63,355 nt of DNA, filler included, from Rhabdomonas costata (GCA_019059605.1; 24 parts of 24 records of this genome joined end to end with filler, not necessarily neighbours in it), one strand, 5' to 3'; positions 1 to 14,160 are shown, numbered from the whole stretch's first letter. A program made the numbers and translations. The notes: generated from the sequence alone by a model not told the origin.

Positions 1-853
1 TTCGACCGCCTCACTCAACCCCCTCCCATTCCCACCGTCTTGGTCCATTTTGCTTGCCTTGTTTGTCGAAAATTCGCCCTTTTTCAGGATCCCGATCTCT
101 TTCCCTTTTTTCCTTTCCCCCCCGTTTGTCAGCTGAACGAACATTTTGGACCTTGTTGAAGTTCCACATCAAAAAAGTGTCCACCTCAAGAAAACTCCAC
201 TTAACTCCAAATAACAGTCGCTCGGTCCAATTTCAACAGAATACCAAAAGGAGACGTTGGTTAGGAACTGCTGCACCACCGTTACGGAACCTCGCAAACC
301 TGGCAACCGACTTGAACTCCGAAGTTCACTTCTTATGCTTGCCAAGACCCCTAACTTTGCTCGTTTCAACAGCATTATGTTTTTGTCCTTGCCTCTGCTT
401 TTGTTAGTTAAAAGCCAGCCCAAGGACCTGCCACGCTGCGTTTCGGAAGGCCGGCTGGGTTCACAAAGGACCGTGGGCCTGCTTCGGCTTAGCCGTCTAG
501 AAGCCCATTTACATTGAAAACCGCATTTGCTCATTACGCACTCAGATAACAAACAATGTGAAATCAAACTCCGGCACTTAAAATGAGTTTATTTTGCTTC
601 TGAAGAAGTTTTGAAGAATCATCCTTTTTTGTGTGCAGCATTTTTGTTTTGCTGGGAAGACAGATCCTGAACCGAAATTAATGAATGCAATTTTGAAATT
701 GGAAACGACGATTATCGCAAAGGCACGCCCTCAAAAACGGGGCACCTATTCTACGTTCTACGTTCGCTGTAGACAACGTGCGAAACGAACAAAAAAACTG
801 AATCCCCATGCGTTTTCGTCTGTAAAGTTCTTCTTTTGAACTGCATTTTTCAG

Positions 854-2149
854 ACAAGGGACACGTTCGAGGTGGCATCGTCCACACCGTGGCGATGCAT
901 ACTCGAGGCAATTTTCCTGCCATCTTCGGACTTGTCTTTGGAACTTCAACGTTCCTCCTCTACAAGTACCGCTACGAGGTCAACAGGTTCCTGTACAACG
1001 ATATGGTGCGTGGTGTCGTTTTCCCGGGTGTTCTTCAGTTCTTTTGCTTGGTTTTCTTGGGTGTTTTTCTTGTCTCTTGGGATCGCCGAAAGATAGGGGA
1101 TGATAAATACTTTTTTGACATGTGGTACCTCTCCCGACTTCCAACGTTTCCAGTGATGTAGGACAGGTCCTCTGATAAAGGAAGATTTTTCTGTATAAAA
1201 AATAAAGCTTCCTACCTACCCCTTCCTACCCCCCCCCCAAAAAAAAAACGTTTCAGAACTTTTCGCGTTCTTAAACGACCTTTTTACCCATCGGAGGAAG
1301 AGCACATGGTATCGAAAATTTTTGTTTCTTCTCACTGATTAATTGTTCAACGAAGCGAACCCACAGTCGAACCCAGAGTGCTTTTTCGCTGCCAATAGGT
1401 TTTCTAAATAAATACCCCATAGAATGCGTGGTCATTGAGTTGGCGTTCGCAAATGACGTCCTTCGAGAAAATGGCCATGGGCTTTCCTGCGTAGGTGGGG
1501 CAGCGAATATACAGTTGGTGGGTCTACCGGATGTTAGATGCCGGTTTATAGTATGACATGGGGAGGGAGATCTGAGAGGCGAAGTCTTAGCTGGTGTGCA
1601 TGTCGAGCGTTTGACTTGGACTTTGTGCACCGTTTTTTTTTGTGCTGCTTCTGTTGGGTATCGCTTCTTATTCATACAGATCAAGCTGGCTCACCCGGCT
1701 CAGCCCACAGATCTCGACGGACCCCAGGACCTGACAGATGAACCCTACCTACGGAAATTGCGTATGTTACAAGCCCGGTTTGCCGCTTGACATCCCTTCT
1801 TTAAAAACCAGAGTTAAAAGCCTTTGTTTGTCTGGTTAAGATTGGGTGTGGTGGTGTTCTGTGCTTTGTGTTATTACGCTGCATGCTCTTCAAAATGGAA
1901 ACAGGGCGGAGTGTGTTCTCCATTGCTGGCAGAGGGGCAAAGCTCACGAAGAGAAAGCCGGAGAGCTTTTGCATATTCAAAAAAGATGGGATTGCGGTTG
2001 CAAAAGGGCTGTTCTGTCGGTCAGAGGTCCCCCCCCCCGAGGACCTGCGAGATGAACTGCAGCAAGTACTACCCGTGCAGTTCCACCGCGCCCCACAGCG
2101 CAAGCACAGGAAGTGTTGCAGCCAACGCAACCACCGCAATAGAAAGTAG
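854..2149 (+). CDS. Hypothetical small protein with one hydrophobic segment (partial, multi-exon)
   Basis: Phase-compatible GT-AG exons 854-1005 (KGHVRGG...FPAIFGLVFGTSTFLLYKYRYEVNRFLYNDM), 1680-1761 (IKLAHPAQPTDLDGPQDLTDEPYLRKL) and possibly 2025-2149. No family recognised. Confidence 0.4.
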
Positions 2150-2548
2150 TTGCAACAAACGCAGAGAGACAGAGAGCAGACGGGAAAGGGGCAAGGTTCC
2201 ATTTCCGGAACTGTAACGGTGCTTGAGTATATGGTTTGTTTGAACTGCTTTTTTGTTCATACTACTATGATCGGTCGGATCTAACGATGAAATGCCTGCA
2301 ACAGAGGTTTGAGTGGGGCTCGCCGCAGTTCGGACTCAACAGCATGAATTGAGAATGTCTTACCACGAGCATGAAACGCGTTGAAGCCGTGCCGAGTTGT
2401 GGCCAGTCTGACCGATAACTCCAACCTCCCCAGAACTGAATGAAATTTTCGATGAGCTGCGTTTATCGGGTTTGGATGCCGTCGTACGCGCTGTTGGTGC
2501 AGTTCCGGCTGCAAGTGTGCAAGCGCGTACGACGGCATCCAAAACCAC

Positions 2549-2648
2549 NNNNNNNNNNNNNNNNNNNNNNNNNNNNNNNNNNNNNNNNNNNNTTAATTAA
2601 TTAANNNNNNNNNNNNNNNNNNNNNNNNNNNNNNNNNNNNNNNNNNNN
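2549..2648. other. Artificial 100-nt contig linker (N44 + TTAATTAATTAA + N44), first of 23
   Basis: Identical linkers start at 2549, 5196, 7843, 10489, 13134, 15779, 18425, 21070, 23714, 26359, 29003, 31647, 34289, 36933, 39577, 42219, 44863, 47506, 50148, 52790, 55432, 58074 and 60716. The core has stops in all six frames. Contigs are all about 2540-2548 nt in roughly decreasing length. Confidence 0.99.
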
Positions 2649-2998
2649 TGTCCCTCAAAAACACACAATAGTTCGTGGAGAGTATGATCTTTGGGAGTTT
2701 TGTTGTGGGTTTGGAGGGCAGTATTCACCCTCGGACCCTCCGGTTCCCGTTGACCAGGGATGAATTCGAGCTGCCAGAGTTGTGATTAAACTTCTTCTGG
2801 CTGTCCATCCTCAGAGTCAGTTCAGCGAAATATCCTTGTGCACTCACACCCACAAATCACCGGCAATGACCCCTGTGATTCCTCTTTTCGCCTCTCGAGC
2901 ACGTCCAGAAAGACCTCAAAAAAAAAAGAGCCCGCTGAAGACCCAACGCATGAGCCCACCTTTGCGCTGACACGCTCTCTGTTTGCACTTGCACTCAG

Positions 2999-4740
2999 TG
3001 GGCAGGGCGCCTCATTCCCGTGGGGAAGACATCGCCCTGCCCGCGTTGCCCGCGCTGCCGGGCTCCCGGCAAGGCGTGGAGGCCCACCCCGAGGGCAGCC
3101 CCTTGCAGGACTCTGCGGGGTCGCTTTCCCACAGCAGGCATGCTTCCAGCGCGGCCCTCCGTGTGGCTGAACGCTTCCAAACAAAGACTACCCCCAGCTA
3201 AGCGTTTCGGATGAATGAAGCGTGTGCCTGTCGGTTGCCTTGTATGCCATGTTCGCATTCATCTGACTGAAGTATTTCCGGAATATTCATTGCAAAGTCA
3301 GTGTGGCATGCACAGGTGCTTCCATACAGAGGGGTGAGAGCAAGGCCTCCCCACTCCATCAGTGGAGGGCTCACACAACGACGAAGAATGGGAATATTTC
3401 TTTAATTTTTCATGCAAATGCGGTTAATATATTGTCAGGGAGGATGCCGAAGGAGACCTTTCCGGGGCGGAGGGTAGCAGCCCTTCCCTGAAGAGCGCCC
3501 GGGGGCGAGCACGCAGCCCAGGTCTTTGTAGCCTCCCACTGCCGCTCCGGCCTTTTCTCTTGTATTGTTGTGTATGGACAGCGGACACCGCCCTTGTTTT
3601 GTTATCTCAGTTACTTCAGTTCCTTTCTGTATGGCGGTTGCCTCGGTTGGTGAGGTGCGGAAATGTGCGCTTTGTGTATTTGATTTTGCCGTGGTGGGCA
3701 GGCGTTCAGGTCAATGGGACCTTTTCGAGGAGCCAATCTTTACAGGGCTTTTTTTTTGCATCTACTCGTTGGAAGGGGGCCTTTCTGCATATCCTCCTTC
3801 CCCCTCTTGTCACCTCCGCTCCCGATCCAGTCGACCTAGTACCTGTGCCGGCGCGCACTGTGACCTTCGAGGGTCAGCCCGAGGACCCTGCGGCGGAGCC
3901 TCAGCAGCGCGCCATCACGCCGGCGCCGGAGCTGCAGGCCTTGTCTCAGCTGGGCCGACGGATGTCTTGGAGGCCCATGGACCCCTACCAGGCACCCTTC
4001 CTCCCATCCGTGGGAAGCCTCAAGGTTCACCGCCCCCCCCCCCTTGCCATTTCACCCTTACATGCTACACATTTGCCCTCGATACGGTATATACCCCACC
4101 GATTTCTGCCCTTGACATGATAACTGACGTTTTCAGCATCCTCAGAGTGGTTGGGCGCGCACAGAGGCCTCTCCGTTTTTTTTTGTGTGTCTGGTTTGCG
4201 TTGGGTGCATAGATTACAGTCTGCGAACCCTGAAAATCGGTCGAGATTTAAACATTTGCTTTTTTGTGATGTCAATTGTTGCATAGATTTCGTTACACTT
4301 TTAGTCTTTTAGATAGTTTTCGTTACGCTTTTGGTCTTGCCTTTTATTTTCTTCCAGGAGTCTGAGAAATTAGAAATGAAGCAAGAACCACAGCTAGCGA
4401 AGCCCAACTCCCTGCGACCCCCGTACACCTTAAAGTCTACTCGAGTGTCTCCCATATTGCGTATAAATTTCTATCCGGACTAGGGAATCTTCACCACACC
4501 CTGCATCATGGGACCGTGAGCTTTCAGTGAAGCGGTCAGCGTTTTTGTGAGCCTCTGCCTCTGTCCTGTGTGCCCATCTTTTGGCTGGATTGCGGGTGCA
4601 GGGCTTGCCCGTGGTCGGGGGGAGCAGCCCCACGAGGGGTGGGGGCTCCCCCACGGCGGGCAAGCGGGCCTCCAGCACAGGGTTGCTGCTCTCCACCATG
4701 CCCATGCGCTTGAACAACACCATTCAGGTCGGGGGAACAG
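2999..4740 (+). CDS. Hypothetical low-complexity/disordered protein (internal exons)
   Basis: Exons 2999-3119, 3439-3521, 3831-3991 (or 4024) and 4602-4740 join in phase with GC-rich codons and a Pro/Ser/Gly-rich product. Confidence 0.55.
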
Positions 4741-5303
4741 GTGGGACTCCCTGACTCCCCCCACCCTCTCCTCCTTCCATACTGATCTGATTGATGGGCG
4801 ACACCTTAATGTGAGACTCAGTCTTGGTTGCTACTTTGGTTTACTACCCATCATCGCTTGGCGCTTCGCTCTCCATCCTGTTGCCTGCCCGTGTCTGCAT
4901 TGTTTCTGTACTTCCCGCAGCCGTCATTCTCTCTGTGATCCTTCCTTGTTCCCGTGATTTTGTAGTCCACGTGTGTGTGGGGGTTGTCCTCCTGTGGCGT
5001 TTGTTTCAGTTCCGGCGGACACCAGCTTTCAAGGCACATAAGGTGGTTTCCGAGGTGGTTTGAGTTGCCCTTGTCTTCACCCTCGACATGATTGTGCTCT
5101 TTTCCTGGTTCCTTCGGATGAATCCAAGGTTCGAGCCGAAGTCCGAGTGATGATAGGATTTTCGCGTCTGGCCCAAAACACCCACCCCCCCACCCNNNNN
5201 NNNNNNNNNNNNNNNNNNNNNNNNNNNNNNNNNNNNNNNTTAATTAATTAANNNNNNNNNNNNNNNNNNNNNNNNNNNNNNNNNNNNNNNNNNNNTTTTG
5301 TAG

Positions 5304-5876
5304 GTGCAAGACTGTGGAGGGCCGCATTTACCGCCCAGAGCGGTACGATCACGCCACGCACCTGCAGGCCGACGAGCACATCTTTGAGATTCTGGCAAAG
5401 CGAACGTATCCCTCCTTCGCTGCCATGCTGACCTCGGAAGGTGCCCTTTTTGGAGCAATGCCTTTCGTTTAAGCATGCCCTTTGGAGAAGGGAGCTGCGT
5501 CTCAGATGGACGCATTTGGATGGGTCGGAGGGCTTATCGGTGGCCAACTCAGTGCTGTGCAGACCCCAGCGCTTTGAGCAGCATCAGCAAGGCCCGCACT
5601 TGCTGCAAATTGTTTTGCGACTAGGACTATACACCCTCTAACTAGCAAAGGCTCACCAGGTCCGTTTCTCTCCATGGGCAACCGTGAAGCGTTTCCAAAA
5701 TACTCCACCAGCAATGACGCCCTGCACTTTTGGGGGCCCGCGTAGGGCTGGACAAGGTCATGCCCGGAACCGCCACTGTGGAGGCGGGTGTGGCCGTGTA
5801 CCACTCGTTTCCTGGGTACAAGGAGCAGGAGCTGACCCATGGCGTGATTGCCCTGCGCCTGCGTCGCTGCGTCTGA
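5304..5876 (+). CDS. ASCH domain protein (PUA-like RNA-binding fold), 5'-partial
   Basis: Exons 5304-5440 and 5746-5876 splice GT-AG in phase: KTVEGR...YPSFAAMLTSE/GLDKVMPGTATVEAGVAVYHSFPGYKEQELTHGVIALRL*. This matches the ASCH GxKxxEGR...YxSF...E..GVxA pattern. Confidence 0.85.
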
Positions 5877-7143
5877 CGACGTCGCTTGGACACTGGTGAG
5901 GCTGCAATGCCTGGCTCTCTGCTGCATTCATGGCATGAACCCTTCCAAGAACTCAGTTGTTCTTTTCTTACCTCGCTGATGTTTCTTTTTTATTCACTTT
6001 TTATTGACGCTTTTTTCACTTTCTTGTTCCTTGTTGTCTTTTCCGAATTGTTCGGTCCGTTTTCCTCACAGAAAGACCGGGCTCTCTGGGCAGAACAATG
6101 TCTCGTGCCCGTTTGCTGAATACGAATCTCTTCCATCCACGCCGCCTCAAGGAGCGTGGAAAACCGAACCATTGCGCACGAAATGGGATCGACTAGTTTT
6201 GGATGCCGTGCGTGGGCTGTTTGGTGGAGCATTGCCATGGCATTAAGACAATCCCGTGGGAGTCCACTAGCGTCTGCTCTTTTGCCCATTTCAGCAGACA
6301 GCGTTGCTTTGTAGCATGCTGCGAAGTGTCGAGTTCTCGCTGAGACTTGGGCTCACAGTTTGCACATTTTCACTCCCATGTGCTGCCTTTCTGCGGTTGT
6401 ATTTTTCTCGTCTGAGCCTGAAAGATTAGTTTTGTTTCTGCTCTTTCTTTGAGCCAGCTTCAGCTTCCTCGATTTTGTAAAGGAAAGGTTTTCATCACAC
6501 GGTTCGGGGTACGACAAGGAATACTGAAGATGCATAAGATTCATTACAGCCTCTTCTAGGCCCTCGGCATGGTGTATTCCTGAAAGTACCCTGTTCGCTA
6601 CGCAGGAATACTGCTCTTTCTTTCCTTTCGTCTTGCTTAAGTGCGCACGCGAGTCCAAAGAACCTAAGGGGGCGCCATCAACGGAATAAAATTTGCACCG
6701 AACAGCGCTGGTACAAATGTGTGGCCACCTTTTGACCCGGTCCACACAAAAAACTGTACAAATATTCACGTCCTACGCTCCTGCAGCAGACGGCCACAGA
6801 CATTTCAGTGATGCGTCCTATGACAAAACACATACAAGAGAGACACCCGGGAAATTGGGAGGCTGGCAGTCTTAGAAAACGTTTTTGCGTCGTGTGGCGG
6901 AATTCTGCGTTTAAAGGCGTTGAACGTTTACGGTATCGCGCCCCTGGTCTCAGAAATATATTCATTCATTCTTTTTTGCGTGTATTCGTTCTGTTTTGAT
7001 TCCCAGCTGCAGCTGTTGCTGTTGTGTGCTTGTGTCAAGGTGGCTTGCATGCCTCAAGCACCTTCTCCGGCGTTGTCCTTTGACGGGAAGGCCCCAACAC
7101 CCTTCGGGCTTCGAGCTTGAGAGAGTGCGTTCGTGTGACCGCC

Positions 7144-7401
7144 ATGGAGGACGAGTTTGCCGCGCTGCCTCTCCCGCCCCCGGCCCTCTCCGCGGAACTG
7201 GAGAGCCCCAGCAGCTGCCCACGGCCTTCTCCTCTCTTTGGAGTTACGGACTGCCTGCAGGTGGCGCTATGGGAGCTTCCGGAGTTCCTGAGAGATGTCC
7301 GCACGCCCGTGGAGCGGGAGGCGAGGCAGCGGATGCAGCGGCCTGCGCCCGAAGAGAAGCCTCGAGACTCTGGGGAGAAGCGCAAGGTGGCTGCCCCCAC
7401 G
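7144..7401 (+). CDS. Hypothetical protein, first exon
   Basis: GCCATGG start context, GC3-rich codons (MEDEFAALPLPPPALSAELE...KVAAPT) and a GT donor at 7402. Confidence 0.5.
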
Positions 7402-8024
7402 GTGACTCTCGCTTTCACCCCAACTCTTCAAGGGATACATAGGTGGGGTGAAGCTGGATGTGGCTTGTGGGAGTGTAAACATACAGTAGGCTTCACCGTA
7501 AACTGAGACTTTTTGTCTCCTGGGCGGAACTCAAGGTCTCTGTGGAAACCTTGCGTCTGTACCCCGCCCATTAAGACACTGGATTGGAAAAAAAATGCGC
7601 ACCTTAGGCGTATTTGCAACATATCTTTGCGCGGCAAGCGACACTGGCAACTGGGGGGTTATGCACCTCTACTCAGAGACACCCATCCGATACTGGCAAC
7701 AGAAATATAGGGCAAAAAGACTTCAGATCGGAATGTCGCAGAGTAATCTCTCAGGTTCCGAGTGGAGTTAACCTGAGTGAACCAGATCCTTGCCTTTTCC
7801 AATGTAATCCTGCCGAATGCGGACCTCTGAACAACCAAACCCNNNNNNNNNNNNNNNNNNNNNNNNNNNNNNNNNNNNNNNNNNNNTTAATTAATTAANN
7901 NNNNNNNNNNNNNNNNNNNNNNNNNNNNNNNNNNNNNNNNNNGGTGTTGGTGATTCGCTGTCTCTGGGCTCGCTTGGGTGGAGGCCAGTGGCGGAGGTGC
8001 CTAAGGCGAACCAAAGCAGCGCAT

Positions 8025-9760
8025 ATGCCTGTGGCTGCGGTGATTTTTGACTTCGACGGGGTGATCGCGGACAGCGAGCCCTTGCACTGCACGGCAATCC
8101 AGAAGCTGGCGGAGCGCCATTTGGGGACCTCGTTTGACACGGCGTTCTACCACGAGACGCTGATCTCGCTTGACGACCGGGACTGCGTGCGGGTGCTGTG
8201 GGAGAGGGCCGGGCGGACGACGGGCGCCGAGGTGGTGCGCGAGCTCTGTGCAGAGAAGCAGGAGATCTTTGAGGGCCTCCTCCACTCGGGGTGTTCTGCT
8301 CCCCACTGCATCGCACGATAGTTGATGGTTAGCCAAATTGGTAAATGTTATGAGTGGGCAGATGCGTTCCATCAGCGATTGTTTAAGCGGAAACACCTAG
8401 CCACACATACACACTTACACCCAGTTTACTGCACCGAAAGCCGAAAAATTGCAGATTGTCGAAAAGGACGCGAATGGAAGTCAACACCCTTATACCATAT
8501 CGACGTCAGTCATGGAGCGATGCACTCAATACTCAACATCGGCTGTTGCCAAGCTTTGCCGCTACGGCTCCAGTCAAACTTGCGATGTCGACCTTGGCTG
8601 AACGCTGCATGGACTAAAAACTTCGGGCAGGGTTCCGTCGTTGCCCGGTGCCCTGGAGCTGATCCGCTCCCTCACCGCGGCGCGGGTCCCGCTGGCGATT
8701 GGGAGTGGGGCAACGTCCCGTGACCTGGAGCTGATGCTCGGCGGGCTGGGAGTGCGCGAGAGCTTCTCTGTGGTGGTCTCCGCCGATCATGTCGAGAGGT
8801 CCAAGCCCCACCCCGAGACCTACGAGCTGGCCCTGAAACAGCTCGCTCAGAAGGTCAGAAGGCAGCACCCAGTGATTCACAGACACTTTCACACCGAACT
8901 ACACCTCACACAAAAGTGCGTACCAGGTGGCACAGGTGGCACCTGCATGTCCACGTGTACCCACAGGTTATAAATATTCTGAGTTCGAAACAGTGCACGA
9001 TTCTGAGTCATGGTAGGCTGTTGCGTTTTGAGACGTGGACGTAATTTGAGAGGAAGAAATATCACTCCCTCATTCTGTGGAAGCAAGATTTCTTATCATC
9101 TGCGATGTGAAACGTAGCGGGGAGTGTGGGCTATGTGTCCCTCTCACTCGTGCCTTTCGTTTTCGTCCCCCCCCCCCCTTCTGTTTTCTAGTTTCCTGGA
9201 GTCAGCTCCGATAACACCGTCGTGATTGAGGATTCTCCAGGCATTGTTGCTTTTCTTTTGTGGGGTCGGGGTCCTGGTTTCCTCTCACTGCAGTGGTCCA
9301 CGTCCCCCTGCCCCCTACTCCACTTGGTATGCTCGTTCTGCCGCGCACATGCTCCTCTTTCGCCAATATTTTCTAGAGCTTCACGCATTAAATGTGCTAC
9401 TTGTTTGTGTTCTGCGACCCTGGGATAGCATCCTTAATGACCACAATGTGCTTCGCCAGTACGTCGCTACATATACCCTCAATGAAGGCTTTCCCAGACA
9501 GGACACCCCAATAGTGAGGTGCGAGTTTCGATGTGCGTCCGCATTTCGCCGTGTTCGTTAGATGAGGGTTTGGGTGGTCTCTATCTGTTTCCCACTGCCT
9601 TTTTCTCTGCGCAGGTGGGGTCACCGCTGCGTTGGAGGCGGGGCTGAGGGTGCTGGGTGTGGCCACCACAGGGCCGATCCAGAAGCTCACCCAGGCCACT
9701 CAGACCCGCCCGGACCTCACCGGGCTGGACTGGGCTGGCCTGCAGGCCCTCTTCAAGTGA
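8025..9760 (+). CDS. HAD-superfamily IA hydrolase (beta-phosphoglucomutase-like phosphatase)
   Basis: Exons 8025-8290, 8631-8853, 9192-9240 and 9615-9760 (TGA). Motif I is FDFDGVIADSE, motif II IGSG, motif III SKPHPETY, motif IV VIEDSPGGVTAALEAG. The frame is open upstream to the contig edge. The third intron is GC-AG. Confidence 0.93.
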
Positions 9761-11154
9761 GCGAGCGAGAGAGAAAGAGAGAGTGAGAACCTAGCACCCT
9801 CTGCGGGGCACCTCTACATGTTGGTGACATTGCTGACTACTGTGGCATTGACTGGCTTCTGGACTCAGTTGGTTTGACACTGCTGGGAAGGCGCGGGTAC
9901 TGCGCCTCTATCCATAGAAGTGCGTCGGCTGCTGTGACAAGGCTTCTCTTCACCTGTCCGGCGTATAGGGAAAAATTCAACTGACTCTCAGAGCCGCGGA
10001 GCTACAGAATTGGTCGAGTGTTCCCTTGAAATGAATTTCGTTTACTGGCATTCGTCAAAATAACAAATTACATTTGGGATCCAATGGAACCTACGACACC
10101 CAGGGGTTTGCACAGTCCCTTTGGGCGGACGGCATTTGGTGTTTTGTGTGTGACTGTGGTAGCCCACAGCTCGGCTTTTTTAGGGTCGAGCCATTGCACC
10201 CTGTTCCCAACCTGTGGTTCTGCTTGAATATTTGTTTTGGCTTTCATTTTTCACTCTTCCTAATGTAGCCTGCCTTTGTTAGTGTTTTGTCTGTATCTGC
10301 CGTTCGGGGGGTTGTGTTGCGTGTCTCTCAGCGTGTGTGTTTGTGTTTCGTTGTATCGAGGTCACTCTTGCCCCTGCCCTTTGCTGAGCGCACAAAGAAA
10401 TACTTCCTACCTCTCTCACACATGTGATGTTGCCCAGCCGCCCGGCCTGCCCCTACGCTGGTGGTGGTGCGGTGGTCTGCCCCCAGCCNNNNNNNNNNNN
10501 NNNNNNNNNNNNNNNNNNNNNNNNNNNNNNNNTTAATTAATTAANNNNNNNNNNNNNNNNNNNNNNNNNNNNNNNNNNNNNNNNNNNNGGGTTGGGGTGC
10601 CTAACATCAATTAGGGTGCATTCAGGACGAGGAAGGACGCAAAAGGAAAACGTCCCATCGGTTGTTGACTTCCTACCCCGCACCCCACGGCATCCATTTT
10701 TTCATTGGAGTTCGTCCAATGAAAAAAGACCGATGTCAAACGAAGGACGGAAGTCCTCAGTCATGTACTCCCCCAGCTGGAATGTGTTTAACAGTGGTCC
10801 TGCTTCCATGCTGCTTTCACTGCTTCAACCAGCTGGCTTCTCCGAGTCCGAGCCTCTATATAGAGTGGTCTCTCATGTGCAATATTTAGCCTCACTAGCC
10901 TCACACCTGCACAATTGTACAACCCGTCCCTGCTAGTGTGGGGGCCCTCCCCATAGCTGGCTCACAGGGCCTTGCGGGGTTCTCGGTGTTGGAGTACACT
11001 GGTATACTGTGGACCAGCCACCTATAGGCCTGGCCTACACCACCCACATGTGTAAGTGGGGGTCCCCCACAACCCCGGACCCTGGAATCAAGCCGATTTC
11101 TGGAAACCTGTGCTTGCGTGCTTCACACGAGAATCTCTCGAAAAGGGGGCGCAC

Positions 11155-12599
11155 CTCCACAGAGGACATTGCTACGTCCTGCACCTCGTCGACAGCGATC
11201 TGTCCCGAGGGCCACGATACCATCCACACCGCCACCGTGGGCACCACCGCAAACAGCGCCAGGACCACCACAAAAACCGCCCGCAGAGGAAGGCTCCCTA
11301 AATCGCGCCGTTCCGTTTTTCTTTCCATTCATGAAAGTGAGGTGACGAAAAACATAGGGACGCTATCTCGACCGTACGATTCTGTTCGGTTACTTTTCTA
11401 TTTGCTTTCCTTCATGCAAGGCTTAGGCTGCATTCACCCTCCATTGAAGTTTGGGTCCATTTATTCATGAATTGATATCAATGTTACTGTCGTTCCGTTT
11501 TTCGGTGGTTCGCAAAATTTGCAGGAAGGAGGATGTGAAGACCCGGAGATAGCAAGAAATACGTTCATTCGCATGGCACTTTTTTTTAAGCCCAAAGACA
11601 ATTTCCGTGAGAAGAAAAAAAGAAAAACCCGAAACGATTGGTTCTGCCCACCTCCTCCAGGAACAACCAGCTGAGTTTTGCCCGGGAGAAATTAACTAAA
11701 TCGATCACAATTAACAGTGGAGGGAAAAAGCAGCAAAAGAAGGGAACCTGTTTTCGAATTTCGGAATGACTGCTTCCTCATCCCACGCGGGCAGCTGGGT
11801 TCTGCTAAAAACTGCTAAAACTATCCGTCTACACGTCATGAAAAGAACGGAGAATGAGTGGGTCTGTGATGGCACTGAGTGGCCATAGTTCACAGTTTCC
11901 CGGCCAGTCGTGGGGACATTTTAGGGAGTCCCACTGCCAGCACTTGGCCGATGAACCCTCTTCTTCCATACTTCCAGAGGGTTTTCCAAGCGCGCATAGC
12001 TCAGGAAGCCGAAAAGCCATAGCGAGAATCAATATCACGGGAGAAGAGCCCGATGCCTTGAGGCGTGAACAACCCTGTTCCCTTCCCTTTGTTCTTTTAG
12101 TCACATCAGCTGAGGTATGGCGGTGAAGTGCAGCGAAAGCTAACGAACATGTCATTTAGATGCTTTGCTTCCCGACCAACAGCAATGGGTAATCCTGCGC
12201 AGGTTCTTTGGCTCGTCATTCGGCTATTTCAGGCATCCGAAAAAGGACGTTGACTTGCTTACCCACCAACCATCATCTGCAATTGGCTTCGAGTACCAAT
12301 CCGAGTGAGCTTAGTCCCGCTACAGCCCAGAAAGCAGATGGCTTTTTTTGAGCAGAAAAGCAACGCGTACGGAAAGGAGTGTGCTCGACGAAGCCTTGGG
12401 GGTTTGGGCAGCTCCCTGCGAAGGAGACCGCTTCCTCCTGGACATCGCTGTGGGCTGAGGCCGTGGGCACACAGCTGCGGTGAGAGAACCCGCCGTCCGC
12501 CGGGGCGACCTTCGGGGAGGACGCGGACAGGGTTACAGAGGCACAGGCCCATGCTTGGGAACCGGTGCGGGTGAAGGTAATCTCAGGAGTCGGCTGCAT
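11155..12599 (-). CDS. Membrane protein N-terminus, possibly a euglenid-type receptor nucleotide cyclase
   Basis: Clear AG/GT-bounded exon 11155-11297 (SLPLRAVFVVVLALFAVVPTVAVWMVSWPSGQIAVDEVQDVAMSSVE, one TM helix). The putative start exon MQPTPE... at 12599 is less certain. The family call is recalled similarity only; no cyclase domain is present in the contig. Confidence 0.4.
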
Positions 12600-14160
12600 T
12601 CTCCCGGAGGTGAAAATGAAAAAAAAACGTAAGAAAAAAACGAGAAAGAAAAAAAGAAAAATGAGGACGCGACCACTCCAGAGAAAAAGACGAGCGACCG
12701 AAAGAAAATGGGGTGATCCTTGCGCCACACGCAAAAGTGAAGGGAGGGTGGAAACCTGGAAATGCAAATGGGAGTGAACGGGATACACTCTGGAAATTCC
12801 CCATCACAGCAAATCCGTGTAACCCACCCATGAAATCCCTGCCAGAGTGATAAAGGATGAGGCAAGTCTGTGGTTCCACAGACAACCGAAGAACACACTG
12901 CAAGCTGTGCAGTAAACTGGGACGTTTTGTAACCTGGGCAGATCTCAGGGTTCCTTATCTCTCTACCGTGTTCCCAACAGGATGTGAGATTGGGCAAATG
13001 GCAGCTTCAGTCCCGAAAAAATCAGCGTGCCCACCCTAATTATTATGGCACATCCTTGTGTCACGCTGCAAAAAAAATGCTCAATGAAACCCATCCGAGA
13101 CCAGCGGCAAAAAGATTCCGATAGGAGAGACAANNNNNNNNNNNNNNNNNNNNNNNNNNNNNNNNNNNNNNNNNNNNTTAATTAATTAANNNNNNNNNNN
13201 NNNNNNNNNNNNNNNNNNNNNNNNNNNNNNNNNGTGTTGGGGGTTTGGGAGTGATGTCTCTGTATACTTTACAGCAATGGACGCTGATCCGTTCATTTCG
13301 TTGCTAATCTCCATCCGAGACGGTCACCTCTTGTGATGATTGGTGTGTACCTGCTGTTCCTTTTTGGGCCCGTTAAGTGAACCTATGCCTAATACTTATC
13401 ATAGGTAAAAACAAAACGATCCGCAACAGAGAAAAACGTGCAGGGCAAACTCATCCCACCCCGGCGCCTTTTCATTTTCGATATAATGCGAGGATGCTTG
13501 GAAAGCACGATGCTGGAAATTTGGGCAATTTACACCGCAGCAGGCAGCAGGCTTTTTGGAGTGTCCCACGGCGGGTCCTACCACACAGAAAACAATGAAC
13601 TCAGTGCCACATATCCTGCGTCCGATTAATTTCGGTCAAGCAGCCCCCACCACCTCTCACCGTCAAAGGAAAATGGGCAATACGCTGCACAATCCAAACA
13701 CATATTGTATACGGACAAGTTTTTGGTGGGAAGGGTAGTGCGTGTAGGTGTGTGAGTGTGCATGTTCTGCGTGAGAGTAGTGTAATGCGACGACGGCGGG
13801 AGGGGGGGGGGGGTGAATCTAAAACACACAAGAAAAATAGAAAACCAACGCAAAGCAGAGCAAAGAAAACCAACCCCGAAGCACAAACGTAAAACCAGAA
13901 AGAAAGCACGGCGGGGTGAAGAACTTTTCCGGACACTAAAAGCCCAACCCAGCCGGAAGGCATTGAGGGAAGCCGAAACATTGTGCAACCAGCAACGCAA
14001 ACGCAATACAACAGCGCTTGCTGTTGCGCTTCCATCCAACCCGCCAAAAGCAAGACAGGGGCCACAGCGAACAATGTGCAAGTATACCGCGGAGCGGCCA
14101 AAATCGGAAACAGAGCTCACGCAACAACCCGCACGGCATTCCCGCTGCCGGACATACTTA

